Shown here in pieces: positions 57,254 to 64,000 of a DNA stretch of 64,000 bases. The stretch is from Octopus vulgaris (lineage: Eukaryota). The stretch covers positions 50,220,001-50,284,000 of the forward strand of contig OX597836.1 in assembly GCA_951406725.2 (NCBI GenBank), given 5' to 3'. Numbering within the stretch: the first letter of the stretch is position 1; each line of letters opens with the position of its first letter. Position numbers and translations under genes: made by a program. The notes beneath the pieces were generated by a model. It had not been told where the DNA came from, ran no database searches, and saw only the letters and a list, made by a program, of their open reading frames with translations.

Positions 57254-60001
57254 CTGAAAATAAATTATTTCAAATGCATATCAATAAATATATACATTTA
57301 TGATTTTTGGAAAAAATAAATGATAAATAACACTAAAACATTCCAACCCCTTTATCTCCTCTCCAATGAACTGCTTGTTCCTGCCTCTTTTCTATTTTAG
57401 CCTCTCTGCAGCTGGCATGAAATCACCTCCCTCAATACTGTCAAGGGGTCTTGCTTTACAAGTTACTTGGTGGCTGCACTGGTGCTGGTACCACAAAAAA
57501 AAAAAGCACCCAGTGCACTCTGTTAAGTGGTTGGCATTAGGAAGGGCATCCAACTTTGTCAAAGCAGACTCTGGACCCCAATATGGCCCTCAGGCTAGTC
57601 GGATCCTGTCAAACGGTCCAACACATTGCCAGCATGGAACACAGACATTATATGAGGATGATGGTAATGTAGAAGACTAGGGAAGGAAGAACACTTGATT
57701 ATATCATCCTCAGTATATGACTGGTATTATTGTTATCATCCCAGAAAGGATGAAAGGCAAAATCAACCTTAGCAGTATATGAACTGAGAAGATTAATGGC
57801 TGTAAATACCACAAGGTATTTTGTCCTACAATATAACAATTTATATTTGTTTCCAATCTTGGCACAAGGCCAGCAATTTCAAGGGAGGGACAAGTTGTTT
57901 ACTTGACACCAGTGCCCAACTGGTGCTTATCTTATTGACCCCAAAGAGATGAATAGCAAAGCCAACTTCAGCAGAATTTGAACTCAGAACGTCAAGACAG
58001 ATGAAATGTTACACTAAGCAATTCACCTGACGTGCTAACGACTCTTCCAGCTCACTGCCAAGATATGGCAGCATGATCAAGCAGTTTACTTCCCAACCAC
58101 ATGGTTTCAGGTTCAGTCCTACTGCTTGGCACTTTGGGCAAGTGATCCCTACTATAGCCCTGGGCTGGCCAAAGCCTTGTTGCAAGAGTATTACATTTGA
58201 TCTCACAGTTGAATATCAATTCACTACAATGCCCAATAGAAAGTGTACTTGCAACAATGAAGCGAAACTTTTTAAAAGAAATGTAAATCAAATATGATGG
58301 TGCTTCAATAATATTAAGGGGGGCAAGGCGGAATCAGGTAACAAGGCTGTCTCTTTCAAAACGCATTTTCACAATAGAATGCATCTTCAAAACATGATCA
58401 AAACTCTACAAGTTCTGATTGTTTATCGAAGTTATTCACTGAAGTTTTTCCACACTTATAACTGCTTTAAATGTTTTCCTCAAGCAAGAAACCTACTTTA
58501 TTTCCCCGAATAAAAATGTTTTTTCACCTTTTGCACTGAATACATTAAACAAAAAAGAAAAAGTTATTTCATACTTTGTGGTGTTAATCATTTTAATGTT
58601 TTTTTTTTCTTTTTCAATAATTCAACAAAGTACATTGTCAATAATTCTTATTCTCATACATAAAAGGTACACGATGTGTGTGTGTGAACTGAGATCCTTT
58701 CCTATCCTGGAAAATATGGCCCCTGTAGCCAGGGAATTTCTGCGTAGATACTCAGCCTAGTAGAAATAACGGCCAAATATCATTACACCATTGTAAAAAG
58801 AAAGGACATATCGTATAAAATTGCTGTTCGAAAAATAGAAGCTGGGTCGGTCAAGCTTAAATACCTCGGTCGGGGCTGACTTGGGATTGAACGTCGATAA
58901 ATCTCCCGGTTTCCAGTTAGTCGATCATAAATAATTCTTTTTAAGTGAATTCTACAAACATTTGAACCTCTTCACATAATATTCAGGTAGGAATCGATGC
59001 GACGTAGTAACCAAGTTGATCTTTCCAATTACAGGTGGTGGTACTTCATTCGACAAACTGTCCGGTTTCGTTAACCCACTTCATTTACAAGGACCAAGTC
59101 GACTCGATTCTATTGGAACTCACAAATCATTTTCTGGCGACCCGAAGGGTTTCCTTATAGTTTCTGCCTACCCAACCCGGCACTTCGATTTCGCCCTAAT
59201 TTCACAAACAAGGCTCGAGAAGATTCTAGGCTTTGGCAGAAAGCACCTGCCGAGGGTAATATTCAGTTAATGAGGCTACTTAAATGAAAAGGTTAAAAGT
59301 CCAAAGTCAATTACTTGACCTTTCGTGATTAGAGACATTTTAACGAGCGATAAACCTAAGACTCTACTAATCTAAACGCAACACCTGAGCACCGTATTCA
59401 AATAAGTGCATCTCTAATATAAATTGGACATGGGCGATCGTTGCATTCTTTTTTGTCTTGAGGTTCACAGCCAAACGGCTGGGTGGATTCGCGTGAAAAA
59501 TGGCACACATGTGGAGACGGGTGCATAGGTTGGAATGCAGTTTGTATTTTTTTCCTAACCCCGAGAAAAGCGATTAAAACTTTTTCTAATGGAATTTCCT
59601 TCTTTCTTCTGCCATTAAAACAACCAGTTGCTTAGGAGCTGTTTTCTGACGGGGTGGGGTCAGGAAATTTTCATATAGCTGGAGGTTCCAACTGAAACAG
59701 GGGACACGAAATGATAAGGTTGACAAACGCTGTTGTAGATTATACCCAACAGAAAAGGATCCCAGCCCCATCATCCAAACAGACCGCGGGGGGCCGGGCT
59801 TAGCTGCTAATCTATAATTACAACCACAAAAGCACAGTTCATGTATTTTCATCTTAATTAAACTCTTCCGCTTAAAACCTTTATGTAAATAAGTGAAATG
59901 ATTTAATCTAGAGGCAGTCACTGCATGAATTAAATACGTTAACTATAATTATAACAAATAAGAAAACAATGAACGAGTTTTGTGCAAAGCTGGAGACTCA
60001 C

Positions 60002-60049
60002 GACGCTTTCTTTGCTCACGTTTTGCTGCTTGGCTTTCTTCTTCGGCAT
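60002..60049 (-). CDS. ITGB1BP1: ICAP-1/ITGB1BP1-like gene, coding exon 1 (MPKKKAKQQNVSKESV)
   Basis: ATG in AAGATGC context, basic KKK patch like the vertebrate ICAP-1 N-terminal NLS, GTGAGT donor in phase 0, CpG-retaining region with an ETS motif ~170 bp upstream. Confidence 0.75.
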
Positions 60050-61134
60050 CTTTCACAAATATAGTCGAGTTATTAGTTTTCAAAGCTTTGCCTAATTATG
60101 AGTAGGTTATTTTTCCCTCTTTAAATAATCATCTTCCAGCAACAAATCAACAATCGACCAACAACAGATCGATCGATCGATCAACAAACTTTTGCCTTCT
60201 TTTCCAACAACAAACAATATACCGGAAGTGAAGCTTTAATCTCGAACCCAAAATGCGGTCAAACAATTTAAATTCACTTTTTTTTTTTTTTCAAATCTCA
60301 TAATTTCATAAAAGTTGATTTAGCATACATACATATTTATTAAATATGAATACATGAAATTCAATAATAAACGAAATATATTTTTTATTATTTGTATCAT
60401 TGTTGTCACTTTATTTCTAACATTAGGCGACACGAAGCCAAAAATATCTTTAGTGGAATATTTTAATCCCTTTAAAGATTAATCTTTCATTTCTGAAACT
60501 AGGTTAACACTCAATGAATTTTAAATACAAATGTTAGAGGGTAAAATATCCAATTGGATCTCCCAATTCTGCTAATACATGACCCTTTTAGGGGTCTTAA
60601 GGGCGTTTGGCTGAAACAGTAACCCACTGGACAAAATACCCTTCGGGTGTTTGGTTACGAGGCTTTACGTTCTGAGATCAAATCACAGCAGAGTCGACTT
60701 GCCCTTTAATCCTTGCATGTGGTGGGGGCACCAGTCAGCTATTCTCTGCCTGCAAAATATGCGAGCTTCTGCCCTATATTAGAAATATTAGATAAAACTG
60801 AAATAACTGGCAGCTCAAGAAATTAGAATTGTAAAATTATAGCTTTCTGCATATATATATATATAAATTTAGATTTTTGATTTATATGGATAATACCATA
60901 ACAAATTCTGGTGCCTTTAACTTAAGTACCAGATTCATCTGAATCTAAATGTTTGCAGAACTTGTATGTATATATATATATATATATATATATACATACA
61001 TATATATAAGATTCAACGAGTTAAGACTGATAAATATATGTTTAGAGACTGAAAGTTAACAAAAAAGGAAAACAACTCAAGAGAGCTTTCTCTGAGAGTG
61101 TGTGTGTGTGCGTGTGTGTCTGTGTGCGTGTGTC

Positions 61135-61181
<47 letters not shown>

Positions 61182-61667
61182 GTCTGTGCGTGTGTCTGTG
61201 CGCGTGTGTGTGTGCGTGTGTCTGTGCGTGTGTCTGTGCGTGTGTCTGTGCGCGTGTGTGTGTGCGTGTGTCTGTGCGTGTGTCTGTGCGTGTGTCTGTG
61301 CGTGTGTGTGTGTGTGTGTATGTATGCATTTGCAAGCAGTGAAGAAGAGACGGAGGAGGAGAAGGAGGAAGCGGAGTAGAGAATAAGGAGAGGGGGAGAG
61401 GGGCAGGGCCTGTATTTGCCGCGCGCCATTTTCCCATCATGCAATGCTGCCTCGGTCCGCCACAAACAAATTTTCTGCTGTGAGGAGAGATCGGGCGAGT
61501 CGTGTCCAACAGAGAAGTGAAGGCTTCTTCCCATTATTATTGGGCTTAACCTTTAGTGTTTATCATTTGCTGTTGGTACCTTTGCCGCCGTTTTCTCATT
61601 TGAAGTGATATAAGCGTACATTACTTATTTTGCTGTGTGTGTCTCTTGCGGGGTTGGAAAAGCCAAG
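60050..61667. promoter_or_regulatory. Divergent (head-to-head) promoter/5'UTR region shared by the ICAP-1-like and TFIIS genes
   Basis: The ATGs are 1.6 kb apart on opposite strands. ETS motif ACCGGAAGTG at 60221-60230, YY1-type GCGCCATTTT at ~61423-61432, CpGs retained. Confidence 0.65.
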
Positions 61668-61736
61668 ATGGGATGCGAAGACGAAGTATTGAAGATTGGT
61701 AAAAAACTGGAGAAGATGATATCCAGCGGGACATCG
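61668..61736 (+). CDS. TCEA1: Transcription elongation factor S-II (TFIIS/TCEA) coding exon 1 (MGCEDEVLKIGKKLEKMISSGTS); remaining exons lie beyond the window
   Basis: Kozak AAGATGG. The peptide resembles the N-termini of TCEA1 (MEDEVVRIAKKMDKM) and TCEA3 (MGQEEELLRIAKKLEKM). Phase-0 GTAAGT donor at the equivalent position. Confidence 0.85.
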
Positions 61737-61837
61737 GTAAGTGGGACGAGGACGACGGCGGCGGCCAGCGGCGGCAGCGCGACACACGTTGATCGCGCAC
61801 GCACACACATACAACAACACTAACACACACACATCTG

Positions 61838-61992
61838 GCTAGTCGTGACTAGTCGATCCTTTGTGTTTTATTTACTTTGTTTAACAAAAATTATTTATTT
61901 TGTGTTTTATTTGCTCGGTAGTCGCACGATCGACTAGTCACGACTAGCTAGCGCGAGTGCGCGCACCGGGGCCGCTGTTCCCAAGTGCTACC
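61838..61992. mobile_element. Second, left-truncated copy of the same MITE
   Basis: Shares GCTAGTCGTGACTAGTCGATC, an AT-rich spacer, and GATCGACTAGTCACGACTAGCTAGCGCGAGTGCGCGCACC with 62731-62903. Confidence 0.75.
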
Positions 61993-62730
61993 CCACCCAC
62001 CTCTACAATTGTGTTGCTAAAGTTTCTCTTACCTAAATTCTCATCTTTCTTCGCTCTCTTCCAACTTTTGCACATTTATGAACCCAAAATTAGGGTCAGC
62101 AGCCCCAAAACTCTCTTCACCATTTTACTAATTGAGTTGTGACTCTTTTTTTTTCTTTTTTGTCCGTTTGTTTATTTAAAAACAATTTTTAATAATTTTC
62201 AAAATTGTTTCTAATCAACATCTAAAGTAATTATTGTATCTCGTTTGTTGATCAGGGTTATTTATTTCGATTTCCCCTATTAATACATTTGTTAAGCCCA
62301 CCCCTCCCTTTCTACCAAGCAAACAAAAAATCCTGGTTGTTTATCTCCAGATCAGCTCAGATCGACCTGATCAAAGGCTTTCCATTTGTGACCACCTCTT
62401 CTTTACTCTTTCTTTTTAATCGGACGTAGTCCTTTTGAGACAGCATACTTCAATTCGTGCCTGATTCAGTCTAAATCCACCCTTGTCACGGTTCGCAGTC
62501 CTAGTTTTTCATGCGATTTATCTGGAAGGATAAACTCCAGTTTAAATTAATCGAAGATGCACTGTATGATTGAAATATAAATAACCCCCCCCCCCCCAAT
62601 TCCCTGGGGGTCGAGGTGTTACAAACTAAACCCTATCCTCCCATTTTGTACTCCCGATCGCACCTTTTATCTCTTTAGTACGACCAGTAGAGCTGGCCTT
62701 ATTTCCATTTTACTTTTACTTTTGATGCTG

Positions 62731-62903
62731 GGTATTACTCGAGAACAGTGGTCCCGGTGCGCGCACTCGCGTTAGCTAGTCGTGACTAGTCGATCCTTTG
62801 TTTAAAAAATTATTTACTTTGCTAGCTGGTCGTTGTACGATCGACTAGTCACGACTAGCTAGCGCGGATGCGCGCACCGTGACCACTGTTCTCGAGTAGT
62901 ACC
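62731..62903. mobile_element. Fold-back MITE with ~65-bp TIRs and a 9-bp TSD (Mutator-like)
   Basis: GGTATTACTCGAGAACAGTGG...GACTAGTCGATC / GATCGACTAGTC...CTGTTCTCGAGTAGTACC. Flanks TTGATGCTG (62722-62730) and TTGATGTTG (62904-62912). Confidence 0.8.
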
Positions 62904-63047
62904 TTGATGTTGTTTATTGCCAACAGCTTGGTCAGTGTTTCGTTGGTCGAATCCAGAGAAATCTCTCCGTTTCCACCGTTTCTCCTTGCTTTCTCATCTT
63001 CCTTCCTTGCTTTCTCTCTCTCTCATCGCCATGCGAGCAATAGAGCT

Positions 63048-63065
63048 TATACCGGAAGTGACGTA
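63048..63065. promoter_or_regulatory. ETS-CRE-like composite motif in TFIIS intron 1
   Basis: TATACCGGAAGTGACGTA. The first 14 nt are identical to 60218-60231. Confidence 0.4.
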
Positions 63066-64000
63066 GCTAATGTTTAGATTCCACCCAACAACACCCGCCA
63101 TAAATCTCCCTCATCCAACATCACAAATACAAATTGGAGCTGATCGATGGATCTCTTCTTTGCAATGGTTTTTATTGTTGTTATTCGATAACTATTGATT
63201 GGGGTCTCACGTCAGTGTTGATAGAGCAACCCTATGGTCAAAAGACGTTCCTGTCGAGACCACCACGTCTTTTATTCACAGTATATACCTAAGACTAGAA
63301 ATGTCCGATATGATGGTAAAAAGAGAGAGAGAGAGGCGGAGATTGATAAGTTTATAAGTAAATTAATCATCTGGTCTTTAATAAACAGAGAAAGAGGATG
63401 AAAAAATAGCAACTACAATGTTTAGTTTACGAGTTGAATAATTTCGTTTTTCTAATAAACTTGCACGACTGAAATATTGGCTGTCCAGTTTGGATTCGGT
63501 GCAGGACGAGTTGAAACGCTCTTTGATTCACTTGTGCCATATTTGATGCCAACAAGAACTTCGGTTTAGACGTAGAAAGTTCTTCTTTTCAGCTTCGTTT
63601 GTGGTGGTGCCGTTAACGCTCATCGTTTGGGTTGTTTGCGGGCGCCTGGAAGTAGCAGACCAGACCCCCTTTTTTTTTTTTTTTTTTTCAAGTAGAGTTC
63701 CGCACTTTTGAACACCAAGATAGAAGTGGCTGTTTATATGTCACACAAGCTCGCTCGCATACATACACAAGCTGTTTAATTTTATAAATAGCTTAATTGT
63801 GGCCGTCGCAACACCTAACAAGTAAGGGTGACGATATGAAGTGAATTTCGAGTGCCTTAGGTCAGTTACAGTAAGGGTGGCGCTTCTCTGTGTGTTCATC
63901 GAAGCTAGAATAGTTGTGGCAGTAGTAGAAGTGGCTGGGAACACGGCGTGACCCTCTGTTGGTTGTCCATAGCAGATTGCTGATTAAACCATTGCTAATC

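Overview
Eukaryotic, repeat-saturated genomic DNA, most likely an octopus (inferred from the SINE families and extreme microsatellite load). I found two host genes. One is a complete 5-exon, 182-aa PTB-domain gene on the minus strand (60049->46360) that matches integrin cytoplasmic domain-associated protein ICAP-1/ITGB1BP1. The other, head-to-head with it, is the first coding exon of a TFIIS (TCEA) gene on the plus strand (61668-61736). The ORF track does not show either gene as such; both were assembled by hand from splice sites. The rest is transposon-derived: a young 5'-truncated Tx1/L1 LINE inside a (GATA)n array, an R4/Dong-type LINE end inside a (TAA)n array, a full-length decayed mariner, a Tc1/maT deletion derivative, a non-autonomous Helitron, Mutator-like fold-back MITEs, CR1/L2, RTE and Penelope remnants, and many tRNA-derived SINEs. 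The most unusual signals are several minimal hammerhead-ribozyme motifs with covarying stems in short Penelope-like repeats, a 176-bp spacerless palindrome carrying back-to-back decayed hammerheads, microsatellite-targeted retrotransposons, and many fold-back structures that could be ADAR substrates. All calls are by eye and no database search was run. Repeat boundaries are approximate.
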